A stretch of DNA of 64,000 nucleotides from Tubiluchus corallicola (taxonomy: Eukaryota; Animalia; Priapulida). Both the position numbers and the translations under genes were made by a program. Below the pieces are notes generated by a model. It ran no database searches. It had not been told where the DNA came from and saw only the letters and a program-made list of their open reading frames with translations. The stretch spans positions 124,001 through 188,000 of the forward strand of contig JAQGDQ010000229.1 in assembly GCA_030141605.1 (NCBI GenBank). The letters run 5' to 3'. Numbering within the stretch: the first letter of the stretch is position 1; each line of letters begins with the position of its first letter. Below are positions 50,599-64,000 of this stretch, piece by piece.

Positions 50599-53500
50599 GA
50601 AAAGGGAAAGCAACGCCACGTGAAAAAAATAATGTCGCAATACTACCTGCACAGCGATGAAACCAGACAAATTGTCGGTATAGCGGCTGGCTTCCAATTA
50701 CACAGTCTAACCAAGCCATATTTATTTATTTCTTCTTTATAGTGAGTACAGTGTTGAGGCTATACGCCGCTTACAATAGCTAAGTCAGAAAGAATGCCTA
50801 AACTGACGAATCTAGTAGACTAATAGGCTACGCGCTAATCAGTTTATGGTAAATCCGACTGAAATCTGACGTGATTACGCAATGTTTTGTTATATAAATT
50901 AGGGCTCAGCATGCACGACGAACTAGAAAATCTCTAACTAGAGCAACTACAGCTCTTTCTGTTTTCATTTGGTTTCAAGACAAAGAAGATTGGGAAGAAC
51001 GAATTGCACAAAACACGGAATCTAAAGTGGTAAAGTTACGAAAGCATTAACGCCTAGCCGGCTAAACGTGGGGAATGTTTGGCTTCGGTGTAACGCAATT
51101 AAGTTGTCAGAAACACAAAAGTAGCTGTGCTTGCTAAAGCCATTGTACAATAAAGGCACTAAAAACAGACATCCTGAAACGTTAAATTTTTTTCTGGTCC
51201 AAATCCAATGATTTCAGACAGTGAGTGAAAGCTTTCAATGAAATGTCACAAACGTGAGCGCAATGAAAGGCTATATATACGGAATCACTGAAACTGTTTC
51301 TACAAATCAACCATTAGACCTTGCTTGGTTGATATACCGTCACATATGAGTTGAAGCTGCTCTCAGGACCCTGTTGTGGCTAGAGACTAGACGCCGGTAT
51401 AGCTTTTCCACAATATTGGTTTTCTGCTGCTTCTCATCGGATTGGCAGATTTATGACCGATAACGCACAGGTGCAAAATTACATAAAGTAGAACAGACGC
51501 CCACTGGCTTTTCTTTTTTACATCCCAAAATATGTTGTAGACATTGTTTAAATTGTTGTTCTTGTTCTGTGAACAGTTTGGTTACCGATTCAACCGTGAC
51601 GGCATATATACTAGGCTATTGCATTTTGGGATGTCATAATTCATTCCACCTTGTTGCTTCCCTGTATCCTTTGGCCTAGTCCTACACGCTGCTTCAATCA
51701 ACCAATCAATTTATTCATTCAATACAATACAGTTAAAGCATAAAATCAATCAAATGCAAAATTAACACAAAATTGTCAAGCACTACAAAAAAGCAAAAAT
51801 GTTCATATTAAAATTCTATAGACTAGAAAATGAATGGAAAAGAAAAGTAAATTACACATGTTTTCATGAATGTTTATGAAAATAACCATGATCTACGACA
51901 TTAAAATTATTCTACACACAAGACAGAGAAAGAAGAGAATGATATTGCACAAACTGTCACAAATGCACTAGTAGTTTTGCACTTTTCATCATTATATATA
52001 ATCGGATTCACAATTCTCCATTATCCTTATTTTATCTGGGATTTAGAATGGTATGTACAAACTTTCGCATTTTAGTTACTCCAGTTTTGCAACATAACAT
52101 GATGAACACATGCATGGTGCTTGGTCTAACTTGTTTAAAATTCGCTTATCACACGTTTATTCCACTATCTGCTTGGCCAAACTTGTTGAAAATTCGCTTG
52201 TCAGACGTTTTCTGAACTGAACTGCAATTTCCTTTGATACAAGAGCTTCATAATATAACTAGCCGCATAACCCGCATCGAGAAATGGTTATAACTAAATT
52301 TACGTGATCGTAAAGGCGGATCACTTGGTTAACCTGATTGGCAGATTATGACTTTCGTGTTGTGGAACACAGGCATCTCCTACTGGAAGTTTAAAACATC
52401 ATCTACTCTGCTTGGTATTTGAGGTTGCTACGCCGGGCTTCTCTGTTCTGAATAATTGACCATGCAAACGCTGCAAGATTTACAAGCGAGGTCCCATAGC
52501 GCCCGCCCTGTCACGCAGACTGATGATACATCACATTATCAGATAATTATAGGACCCCATCCGGGAGTCCATTTCTAAGCCCTAAAGCAAAGAAGACGTG
52601 CGTTTGCATTAGCGGCAAGGAGATGAGATTTTTCGCCATATCAGTGGAACTGGGCACGAATACCGTTCTCGCTTAGGTTTTTATGCAGGGTGGTCCAAAA
52701 GAAACGTCGTCATTGCATTTCTCGAGGTCCTTTATCAAGTGAAGTGTCTCCTGAGGCGCCGTCCAAAAGAAATATGATGAAATGAACCGGTGTTCTGCAC
52801 ATGGTTATTACATCTTCAAAAGCTCTGGGGAAAACAATACAAGCAAGCGAGCATGAATAATGATTTCCTTGTACACAAGGCGTGTGAGTCTGCGCACAGC
52901 TTCAACAAGTAAATAAAGGCTACAACCACCTTGAGTGGTCTAAAGTGGCTTCCCCTATAAAACTGATTCCGTGGAAACAAAAGCATTTCCAGTCATGTGC
53001 CGTCATTATGTCACTTTCCTTGTCAAAAGAAGAGGAGACCACCACGTAGAAAAAGCTCTGTTTTTAGTTACTCGTTTGTGTAGTAACTCTATGAAAAGGT
53101 CTATTTCGCGGCGGTGCCCGTCTCGTTCGTGTAAAAAGTTTATATTGTTAAGTCACAACAGATTTCGTATTTAAAATTTTTTGATCAAACTCAGCACAAT
53201 TAACAAGCAAAAATCGAGCGCTCAAAGTCAACAAAAACGGCGTGCTACTGAGCAAATTTTAAATAAATGGCTGTGGCGTGACCAGAACCTAACTATCAAG
53301 GACTATACATTTTCTCTCAGCGAAAGAAATAGCCAGTGCGGAATGGCAGCTGACATCACTAAGGGCACTTTGCCGGCGGTCATCCATCTCGGTGCAAACA
53401 TTCTCGGTGCTACTTGACAGTCATATACAGCTAGGTGCAGAGTTGCTGCACTCAGTTACTTCCCTCGTACTCGCCATGTTATGTAGCTTTTGCACTGCCC

Positions 53501-56500
53501 AGAGGGAATAAGGTTATGTGCACTGAACGTCTCACATTAAACTCCAAAACACTAGTACTTTCAAAAGAATCTATATAAACCTATGCTGCAGATTCGTATC
53601 AATGCATACAGGTAATACATGCATAAAAACCAACGGGGTCTATAATATTTGTGTTGTTAATAAAAACTAAGCATGCAAATGTGATTAGGCAAAATAGGAG
53701 GCGGAAATGCAGCAACAAATAAAATGCGACCTGTAAACGGTAGAAAATATAAAATAGTTGTATAAAAACGGAAGTTCGTTTACTAACTTGCTTGGGCGAA
53801 CCTGAGATTTCTATGACCCTGAGATTCATTATGACATACAGCAAAGTTCATTATCGACTAATCACCCATTACGGCCAATTATGTACACGTAATACAGCCA
53901 ATTACGTTCAAGTAATTGTAAGAATCTTTCATGGACGCAGTTTCAGCGCTTGAATAAGCTCATAAAAGCACTTTTATACAGGTATGCTGAAACTCTATAA
54001 CATTAAAGATGCATATTTTCGTTTTTTATCCGTAATTTAATTGCCCATTCCTTCATAAATAAAAAACTGCAAATTTAACATGTTAATCGTCAATTCGCAA
54101 TTATTTGCTTTTATTTCTTATTATACGAGAAAGCTCAGTTGAGTGACGATAGAAAATTTAGGACATGTCCCCGTTTTCTGTGACTACCTTACAGACGAGC
54201 TTTCGAAAATGTATATACATATCTGAAACTTATAAACGGGTCAATCAATATCACAAAAAGTCTCTTTTTAGGTTTCGCTCGCTTTGTTAACACAACTGTG
54301 TATACTATGGAACTTTAATTTTGGTAACACGCCACAAAATGTTCTCCTGGACTTCTCTACACAGGTTACCTGTTTTATCCCACGAACGCTATGCGCTTCA
54401 ATGTGCGCTTGTTCAATGTGAAGACTATATCCAAGTTTTTTGATACTTTTGTGAAACGTGTTTCTGAACGTGCTGCATGTTGTAATATGTTGTTCATCAA
54501 TAAACTATAAATTAATAATAAATTATTTATTTTGTTATTATTACAATATACCCCCACTGAACCAGTCTCTTTTCCTGTACAATGCAAATAGACCAAACAT
54601 ATAAATAAATAAATAAAATAAAGCTTTTCGTCCATTTGTGTTCCAGCGTTTAACAGAATTTTACCTGCATGGAGAGTTTTTAGTTTTTATAAATTGACCT
54701 TATTCTGCTGCTTCAATTTCTTAATCCACAAAGTGAATCCACGCGACAGACCGAATTTATGAAGCTTTTGTGACTAAATGTCAACTGCATTCTAGCATCA
54801 TTTTCACTGATTAGCCAAGCACATTATTATGCTTCAAAGGCATTTCTTAATAGCTAATAGGTTGCGAAATCCGTCATTAAAAATCAAAACGCAAAGTACA
54901 AGCGAATTTTACGCGGTGCGTCATTACTAGGTATTAAAGCCAGCAGCATACTCACGTGACAGAATTGCAAATTACGCCACTAATTAATTGCAGGAGCAAA
55001 CGCAGAGCAAATTAACATAGAGACAGGATGAGATGATTTTATATCAATGGCTGATTCAGGTCAGAAATTCGTAAAGTGAACTAAACAAAGTTCACATTCA
55101 TTCTGCCGAATTCACCCATCAAAATTACAGGCCGAGCGAAATGTGAGGCACTGTATTTTAAGGACTTCCCAACAAGACACCTGCGTGAAACGAACGGCTT
55201 CACTCCGGACAGGGCAACAGGTGTATTGCATGGATATGGTCTCATTAGGTTTCGAAAAAAAGAATGGGTTCATCATGCCGGAAACAGCCAACGGTGGTTG
55301 CGCTGTTAATTAAAAAGACGCCATGATTATTTTCAACTATTTTATATTATCAGCTATTACACCCAGGATGGCTGAATAAAAAACAATAGTAAGTCAAGTG
55401 GTCTAAAACAGCACTGGGGATAATAAAGACATCCACAAACAGCAATAAAAGTTGATTTTTGAGTACTGATCATCGTAATTTGTGCTCGGCAGTTTTTATG
55501 AAATTCGTGCCCCATCCCATCATCCGCTTTCAACACTAATTAGAAATATAAACCCAAATGATAGCGAAGTGGAATGATTCGAGTTAAGCGTCATGCAGTA
55601 CCATACAGACTAGATGGTAGACCAGACGTCACTGGAGCCAAACTAACAATGCGTGATTATATTAATCTCGCAAATGCCATTAAAGTATTTGTACAGCTGC
55701 TCCTAAGAAATACCATTATGTGTAAAACTGATACATTCAAATTCCAAAAGTATATCTTTTCGCACTTGCAGTTTACAGAAACGCTATTAAGACCAGTAAA
55801 TAACTAAAGATGGGAAAGTATAGTAATAAAAAAACATGGATTCCTAAAACTGGCAGGGAAGGAAGCAGTTACCGAGGATTACTTTTTAAATTTTAGTATT
55901 AATTCAATAAAATCAGTAGAACAATTAATTGTTCCAATGTAACTGTAGAAGTCTACGCAATTCAGTTTGATTACAGTAAATAGTGAACGATTTTCTCGCA
56001 GTACGCAAAAAACAAAGGTAAAAATAGCAAAGACAAAAGACAAAAAAGAGTAAGGTAAAGATAAGTAAGGCAAAGGTAACAAAGGTAAAAGTTATAAAAG
56101 CTAATGATCACGTTTCAAAAACTTTTAAGTACGCAACAACAAGTTTAGCCTCTTGGTCTGTTTACAATTCTTTTGAAGTCACACTCTCGGTTTCCACTGC
56201 AAAGAAAGTTTGAGTTTATATATGTTTTTCTCTCTACACACACACAGAAAAACTACCTGTGTTCGCTTAACCCAACACAGACGCTTCAAATGAACCAACG
56301 TTTGGTCTTTATTACTTTTGTCTTATTTGCTGTTGTCTTTATTGTCATTACTTATCAGTTGTCTAATTTCTCTAACAAGTATTACCTTAATTATTATGAT
56401 TAATTAATTATATTAATTAATTATTAGTTATTAATTATCAGAAACGATTTTGCAGTGTTAATTGTGTTAAAATGTATACTTTTTATCGGACTTCAAAATG

Positions 56501-57791
56501 GAGTCATATATGAAAAATCATCGTGCCTTCCTTTAACTCAACCCGTTGTCTGTCTGAACTGTACGTCATGGCTTCTGTTAGTTAAGTATACAAGCACTTG
56601 AGAACAGCAGAAATGTCTGAACACTCGGCTACATTCATACTGTCACTATTTTCCCCGAATTTTTGCACGCTGAAGCATCTGATGTAATGGCAACAAATTC
56701 TGCTCTTTATAGATGGACGTTTTTGTGTGTTACGACAGCATATAACGCAGAGCAACATGGCGGCGGTGGTACACGCGAAGTTGTCATCTGCGCTGTTCAC
56801 TAACGGCTATTATCTTTTGGATAAATTTCAATGGGACACCTGTGAACGGGTGATCGCACTCTAAATCAAAGTTGGTTTTTAATGGCAAGTGATGGTTGTA
56901 ATAAAGCGCTGGTTAGTCTGTCTGCACTTTGTCTGTACGTCTGCTTGACGCAGCTGCGTGTGCGTGTGTCAGGAAATGACAGTACACGTTTCAAATTACA
57001 CACTGCCAAATTAGAACTTATTGAGATCCGGCTCGTTTTAAATAAACCGACGAGTTAGTGAAGTTCGTGCTCTAACTGAAGAGAAAGAAAAGACCACTGA
57101 CTCCACCTTTGCTCCAAATGATGAAACAAAATACCTTCACAAATGCATTAAAACCATGGAAGAAAGAGACAGAGAAACGCTTGTTCTTTTACCGTTTTCT
57201 TAAAGAAAATAGCGCAACTCAGTAAGTCTAAGCACCGATGTCGAGCAAACGAAGGGGGCTTGTACCCAACTTTAAGTAATCTTTCACAACTCCCTGCTCC
57301 CTTGCAAGGCAACTTATTAGCATGAATTGTGCTAAATTTGTACGACGTGGGCATCCTGAAGTCAAGAAATTCATTTGTAGTATTTATAATTACGTTATTT
57401 TGTCAGACTGAAATACAAACAAGAAAATAGTAGTCCGGAAAACGCTAGACTACAAAATTGCCAAGTATACGTGTATGCAGCGAAAATAAACTGCTAATGC
57501 GTATTAGCAACAGTCCGAAATCCAGACGTGTGTTCTCTCGTATCACTTTTCTGGCTCTCTGTTCTGTACGTCTAAACAATTTTTAAGGTACTGGAGCCAC
57601 GTCGCACCCCAGCACTTGCCCAATAACTATGCCATATTTCTTTTTCTTTGATGACCTTAACATGTTCTATAAAAAAGTCCTGGTGCTATTCAAAACAAAA
57701 TTCAAGATGGGCTGTGAAGAAACGCAAGCTCCAAGCAGCTTCTTCACGTAGTCAAACCAAGCTAATTTTTGATCTTAAATTCTATTATGCT

Positions 57792-58431
57792 TTAAAAGAC
57801 AAGAGAAGGGGTACCTGAAGTAGGTTTCAGAAAATCGCCTTAAAATGAATTTTTGTATGTTTTCACTTAACATTTCCCGCAATACTGTTCCGAAGTCGCC
57901 ATTACATGACGTCAATAGGCAAATCTAAATCAGAGGAAGAAAAGGTAATGTTAAATTATGTACCAAAAAACTTTCCATGCTCATCTATATTACTTAATTT
58001 TTCGCTTACCTGCTGGAAATACTTATGTAACTAGAAAAGAAAATTTTTAATTATTTAAAATATTTTCACCAATTGGTAAAATGTCACTGACTCACCCTCT
58101 CACCAGGGTACAGCACTCACTAACCAAAACGTATTTTTAATCTTACTGACAAGATACAATAATTTAAAATTTTACTCAGTTAGTGACGTGTGTGCTACGA
58201 ATGCTATGATTATTTTTTAAAAGTTTATACTTTTCTACTTAAACTTGTTTCAAATGACCTGTCGTCAAAATGGCTGCGTCTAACGGTCATCGCAGTTTAA
58301 ATTTACATGTTCTACACAGTGTTACTGCTGACTGAAGTCCTGTATGTAAAAAGGCAGTATTGTAAGTGATATAAAATTTCAAGACGAATTTTTTTAAGCT
58401 TTATGCATGTGCAAGTCTTCTTGTGCCTTAA
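57792..58431 (+). mobile_element. TTAA-flanked MITE family B, apparently complete
   Basis: TTAAAAGACAAGAGAAG ... CTTCTTGTGCCTTAA; colinear with the 32156 copy. Confidence 0.85.
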
Positions 58432-60297
58432 GACACTACTGGAAAAATCCTGATGCTCTCTGCTGATGTTTCCATACATGTGCCAAAAACACGAAGACTG
58501 GCACCTATGTGCAACTAGTACGAAACAATCCAAATGTAGTGAAAAAAAGTTCAAATAAGTGATTACTTTGATTACACGCATTTTTGGCTGGGGAAAACGA
58601 ATCTGCGAACATGCCGTGGCTGACAGCAACTTCATGAAAGTATTCAACTTTATGGACGTGTACGCGCACACAATATACATATATAATTATATGTACACAT
58701 ATAATTTAAAAAAACGTGCTAAAGACAAGTAGCTTACATTTGTTTTCTTTTTTGTGCATTGCCGGTAAACACTTGAGCCTTATATTATACAAAAAATATT
58801 TCATTTTTCACTGTAGTTCCACACATTGTGACACAGAATGCTTCGACACAAAACATTTAGACACAGGTAGTTTTAGCCACATACGCAACACGGGCATTGC
58901 TTGTTTTGGACACATTGATCGTTTGGCACATGGGTCATTTGGACACATAATACATAAGCCATTTAGATGTATCAACACTAAATGTCTTCAACACTTGTAG
59001 ACAGTAGGACATTTAGGCATGTGCAGCATACTTTTCATTGAATCCAACACTTTCGAATCAGAGGTAGCCTCAATGACGAACAGCAACTAGCCTTTTGGTT
59101 AACCCGGGCAAAAGGGCATGACAATCAAAACTATTCCCTTTCATCACGGGAACGAGAAAGGCTGTTGATAGGTCTACACAAAAACTGAAAAAAGCTTTAT
59201 AACAATTAATATGTTTTATAGTTTCTGACAAGTTTGATGGCAATCTGACCTGTACATGAGTCCTTTTGCTTATTGATAACCTTAGACCCGTGAAACCCTT
59301 AATCCACCTCTGCGGATATGCATTCACATTGCAGGCGTTGTTAGCTGATTGCACTTAAAAGCTTTCATGCAGAAGTTTTAATAAACAGAACTTTGCATAA
59401 TAGCTTCATAAAGGTATATGGATGCTATCAATCACAACACAAAAGCTGCTGTGCCAGGCATTATAAATAAGTGTGTCAGATGACACCTAGGCTTATTATA
59501 CAAGCCTAATGCAATATGGCACTAAGCTTAATGCAGGTATAATATGACATTAGTGGGTATAATAAATTGGTAGGACTACAATGACACTGACAGTTTTCAG
59601 TAAGCCATTATTCAACGTGTGGCTAAACCAACTACAAACATAAAGAAGAATTCTCGGATATCGTTGTAAGAAATCTCATCACAGGGGGCGCTGCAATACA
59701 TGTACCTGAAAAAGCAGGTAGTGTCATCTAACGGGGGCAACAATAAACATTGACGCACAAGCTACTGTTTACACAGCGCACAGAGCTGTTCCGAAATGAG
59801 AGCTCATTTATTCATAGTGACACAAAAGAGGTACTTATCCGAAAAATTTCCGCATGAACTGACTACTGATCATACCTGTAGACTTAATTATAATTAGCTT
59901 TATTGACTTTATGAATTGGGCAGTCAGATGTTCCCTAAGAGATCAGAGGTCGAGTCAGATAACAACGGGGTAGACTCGATTCCCAGAAAATTTTTTCCAA
60001 ATTTTTTGCCAGAATTTTTTGCTTCCCAGAAAAGATTTTTCCCAGAACTGCCATTTCTCAGAAGAATAAATTTCACAGAAAATATAATAAATCTTTTTTA
60101 AAGTGCAGTTAGATGATGCGAAATAAAAGCTAGTTTATTTTAGCTACATGTATTGATTGATACCAATTATCCTAAAGAAATTTGGTCAACTCGATAAGGC
60201 AAGAAAGTAAATTTGTAACGTCAGAACGATAATATACCAAATCATGTTGATCTTTGCATATACGCACTAGCGAGTAATCTCAGCGCATGTTTTTGCC

Positions 60298-60372
60298 TAC
60301 CGAAGTGAAGCAATATCGAGCCTGGCAACTGATTAGTTGGGTGACTGCTTATGGAATCTCGCTTTACGCAGT
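60298..60372 (+). mobile_element. 5S-rRNA-like fragment, best preserved copy
   Basis: CCGAAGTGAAGCAATATCGAGCCTGG...TGGGTGACTGCTTATGGAATCTC follows the 5S 3' half with correct spacing of boxes A and C. Confidence 0.65.
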
Positions 60373-61662
60373 TCCTTCAACTGCTATGCCGAGTTATTTC
60401 GCTGATTTAGGAATGATGTACATGCAGCTGATTGTGACACTTCTGTCCAATATTTCACCTCAGAATATTACTTTGAAAATGAACTAGAATCTGGTCCCCT
60501 TATAAAAGAACCTGTAAAAATCTTGTAAAGGAAAATAATTCATTGTGCAAATTTAGGCACCGATAAGGCTCTGTGTTTTCATTTTCTAGATATCAGATTA
60601 ATCAGAATAAGACTGGTAATCGAAATTTAATGAAATGTGGCACGAAAGCCATTCCGTATATACTCCGTTTACTAGTAACAGGAGAAGAATCAGCATCATA
60701 GCATGGTGGCTTAGTAAATGTGTGCTGTAAATCAACGATAAATGGTCAAAATATAAGCGAACCATACTTGGCACATAAAATGGCACCAAAGCATAGCAGA
60801 CATTGTATCACTTCAAGGTCATAGATCTAAGGTCAAGGTCAAGCGACTAAGTAGTGCTCTGCGATACGTGAGTGTCACACATCGGTATAATTGCGGTCGA
60901 ATTTTGTCATGTTGCATTGTAGCGAACCCAAAAAGCCCTGCAAAATCCTGCAAAATGGCTAACAAGAATGGGAGCTTGTTCTAAATAATAATAAACAGCA
61001 GAGTTGTGTAAGGTATCGCGCGAGAGCTTTATTCACGAGTTCCTCATTAGTCGACACAGATACAGTGGCTGATGATAATCAAGGATTTATACATAGTAAT
61101 CAAGCGTAGGAGAAGAGCCCGTGATTATGTCTCATTGAGGAATACTTTCAGACAGATTGCACGTTGATTGCGAACATAGAGCTGAAATTAATGAAAGTGT
61201 AATAACGGCCGAGCGTCATGACTCATGAGGCTACCTGAGGAGAAAATAGTAGAATACCCGGTATGGGCAATGTAGCCAAACAATTATTAAAAAATCAGAG
61301 TAGGGTTTTAAATTAAAAGAAGTATGCGGAAAATAGTTGTGTAGAACTAAGTAACGAATGTGGAATTTGGCACATAACAACTTCGTGTACATGGTGAACA
61401 ATTTAAAACATAGAGAATATCTAAATATCTATCACGCCGTCCATATTAAATTTTAGTGGGGAAGCTCCTCGTGCCTCGCACACCGTTGACTACAAACTAG
61501 AGTAATGCGATAGAAGTAGCAACTCAAAAAACTCTGGCACAGGTTTTTACTTAAGTAATAGTAAAAAGTTATGTACAACCCTGCATGTAGACTTGAACCT
61601 TTCATCTACGTCATGCAGTTTAATACAATTTGTGGTGACTTTTCAGAAACGATGCGTGCATG

Positions 61663-62032
61663 CAGGGCCGGCTTATAACCTTTTCGCCCCCCTAGGCTAA
61701 TGAAATTATGGTGCACCCTTAGGATGGAGCCACCCTCATAACTCGCCCGCACCCGTCTTGAATATTTTTTACTCGTGATATATTTTAGCGACATTTACGA
61801 CAGCTGAAGAAAACACATGGCGAATTATTTTAATAAACCAGAATAGCCAAATTTTGTTTGTCTATAAAATTATTTTTCAAGAAATACAACTATTTTACTA
61901 TTTATTACAAGCGAAATTAGCACATATTTTAACACCACAGTACTGAAAAAAACATATTTTTTATCAAATGTTACTGAAACTTGAGGGCCCTAGGCTACGC
62001 CCTGTATTAGCCTCTAGGATAACCCGGCCCTG
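61663..62032. mobile_element. hAT-like MITE
   Basis: TIRs CAGGGCCGG ... CCGGCCCTG; flanks cgtgcatg / cgtatata match 5/8 and differ only by transitions, consistent with a decayed 8-bp TSD. Confidence 0.75.
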
Positions 62033-62420
62033 CGTATATAACGTAAAAAATTTGCATAGAAACAGTAACATACTCGGAAATTGTGGTTAACGCCTTTTAT
62101 GTATGGCACATTATCATTAGAAAGACATAGTGTCATCCTTTAACAATTTATTATAACTACATAGAATTATCAAGATCCTACTTTGAATTATGGAATCTTG
62201 CAGAGTTTATAAAAAAACCCATTAGCAAGCAACTGTTAATAAAGTTTATCCTGCAGAGAAGCTATTAAGGCCCATTAGATGGCAATTAATCTAACGTTAA
62301 GTTTCCCGTGGAATACGTATACACAGCTAGCAATGGTGTACCTTCTTCGCAATGGTGAATTTAACTTATCTACGTGCCATATAAATTTACAAAAACATCT
62401 GTTAAGAAGATATATTCGTA

Positions 62421-62629
62421 CAGGGTGTTCCAAAAGCAACAGTGCATTAACGAATGCTACAAGCCAATATTACACCATACAAACTCAAATAGGTGTGGCC
62501 ATACTTACATTGGAATGTACACAAACAATTTCTTACTATATAATTACAACTTAGCACCACCGCATTTCTTTTAGCATATTTCAACATATCAGCACATTTT
62601 CACTGCACTGTTTCTTTTGAAACACGCTG
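62421..62629. mobile_element. Tc1/mariner-like MITE
   Basis: TA|CAGGGTGTTCCAAAAG ... CTTTTGAAACACGCTG|TA. Confidence 0.8.
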
Positions 62630-64000
62630 TAAATCAAACTAATATTTAGCTCTATATTTACCACACCAAAGACTCAATATTTACCACTTACGACATTCTG
62701 ACCAATTGGAATTTTGGCCAGAAATAATATAATTACAGGTATTTACATAGTAATCAAAAGCTCTCATTACCTTTTCACTGTGTTACTGCAATTTATAGAA
62801 GAAACAATTTGCATGCGACTTCAAATTATAATCACACAGCTGCAAAAGACAAAGCTGGCTTTTTAAGTCTTTTCAAGCAATTATAATTTATTCATTCAAC
62901 GTCAATGGGCTTTCCCATATATGCCTAGAAGTCATAATAACAGTCAAAATGTTAAAAGGAATAAATCCAGAACATGTATCATAAACACTACATACCGACT
63001 ATAGTGCTGTGCAATAGTGGTTTGGTCATTGTCTGTGTCTTGGCAATTCAACTTAAATGGTGTTTAATAAACTTTTCAATTCAGCTAATCCATTATCCCA
63101 TCATAAAGTACTGAAAACAAGGTTAAGAAGCTATAACTAATACCACTACAGTACTAAACACTATAGCCAGTGTCCAGTCCATGATAATAATCTAGCCTTG
63201 CCCTAAATTTCTGAGAACGATTAGTAATGACCGTCTGACCAACAGGAAGTTTGGCCATCAGAGCTGCAGTTGGTCAATAAACAAGCGAAAGTGACTGAAT
63301 GAAACTAGGGTTCTCAAAGCAAGAAACGCCACGGAACTTTTCTTGCTGAAAAATGCCACTTTTCTTTCTAATCTAAGTTCTTGAGTTAAGCTTGGTGACA
63401 AACTAAAGTTCTGGCCAAATTCAAGACAATTCTGGGCAATCTGTGAAATACAAAGAAAAGACAACATTTCCACTTAAAAAGCAACAATATGCTAGATACA
63501 AGATATCTGATGAGATTCTGTTGTTTGTCAAAAACGTATTAGCCTGGAGAGGCTAAACTATAGGCATTTTTCTAAAAACCCATGTTGTTTTAAGCTTAAG
63601 TGCAACATAAATGGTGAACATTTCCAAATAGAATCAGCTCTGAGGAAAAGGCAGAGAATGACATAACTTTCTTTACCAAGAGCTTTGAGATTAACTTTAC
63701 ACATTGATGAAAAAGAAAAAGACGGGTAAATGTGCCAGTTTAAGTTCATATGAACAATAAATATAGTAAAATACCTTTTTCAGAAAAATGTGAACTGAAA
63801 ATGTCTCTTCTTACTTCTAATTATGCTATTCTAAATGTATTTAAAAAACTAAAAATTACATAAACTTGCAGTTCGTGTGTCAGCACAAAACGTACAATTA
63901 AGTTTATTCTGCAAAAACGAAATTTCCATTGATCAACGAATGCACTTCTATAACTTCGTGACCGTTTTCGTCTGCAAAGAGCCTAATAAATGGCAAACTG

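Noticed and set aside
50129-50742. Poly-D/G, poly-M/V and poly-H ORFs
   Set aside because: Translations of a trinucleotide microsatellite that is open in several frames; no supported splice context.

Overview
AT-rich, intron-containing eukaryotic DNA, apparently from an invertebrate animal (GT-AG introns, TTAGGG-type repeats, many MITEs and SINE relics); the species cannot be named from the sequence. Two protein-coding genes are supportable. (1) On + (1..3068), the 3' part of a spliced type-I membrane receptor: ~13 LRRs, a 4-Cys LRRCT, a repetitive Ser/Thr/Glu stalk, one TM helix and a short acidic tail. (2) On - (27455..27963), an N-terminal coding exon of a cGMP-dependent protein kinase (PRKG2/dg1-like), with two in-frame ATGs, the second giving a myristoylatable MGNGAS. 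I could not recognise the next kinase exon in 1..27454, so the LRR gene probably sits antisense inside a >27 kb kinase intron. The rest is non-coding: TTAA-flanked (Kolobok/T2-like) MITEs, hAT-like and mariner-like MITEs, a Helitron-like insert nested in a MITE, LINE scraps, tRNA-like and 5S-rRNA-like Pol III relics, and microsatellites. The most striking non-coding signal is a ~270 bp fold-back at 25571..25840 made of two inverted minimal type-I hammerhead ribozyme motifs; the core-intact copy is sense to the kinase pre-mRNA. All calls were read by eye, without database searches or folding software.
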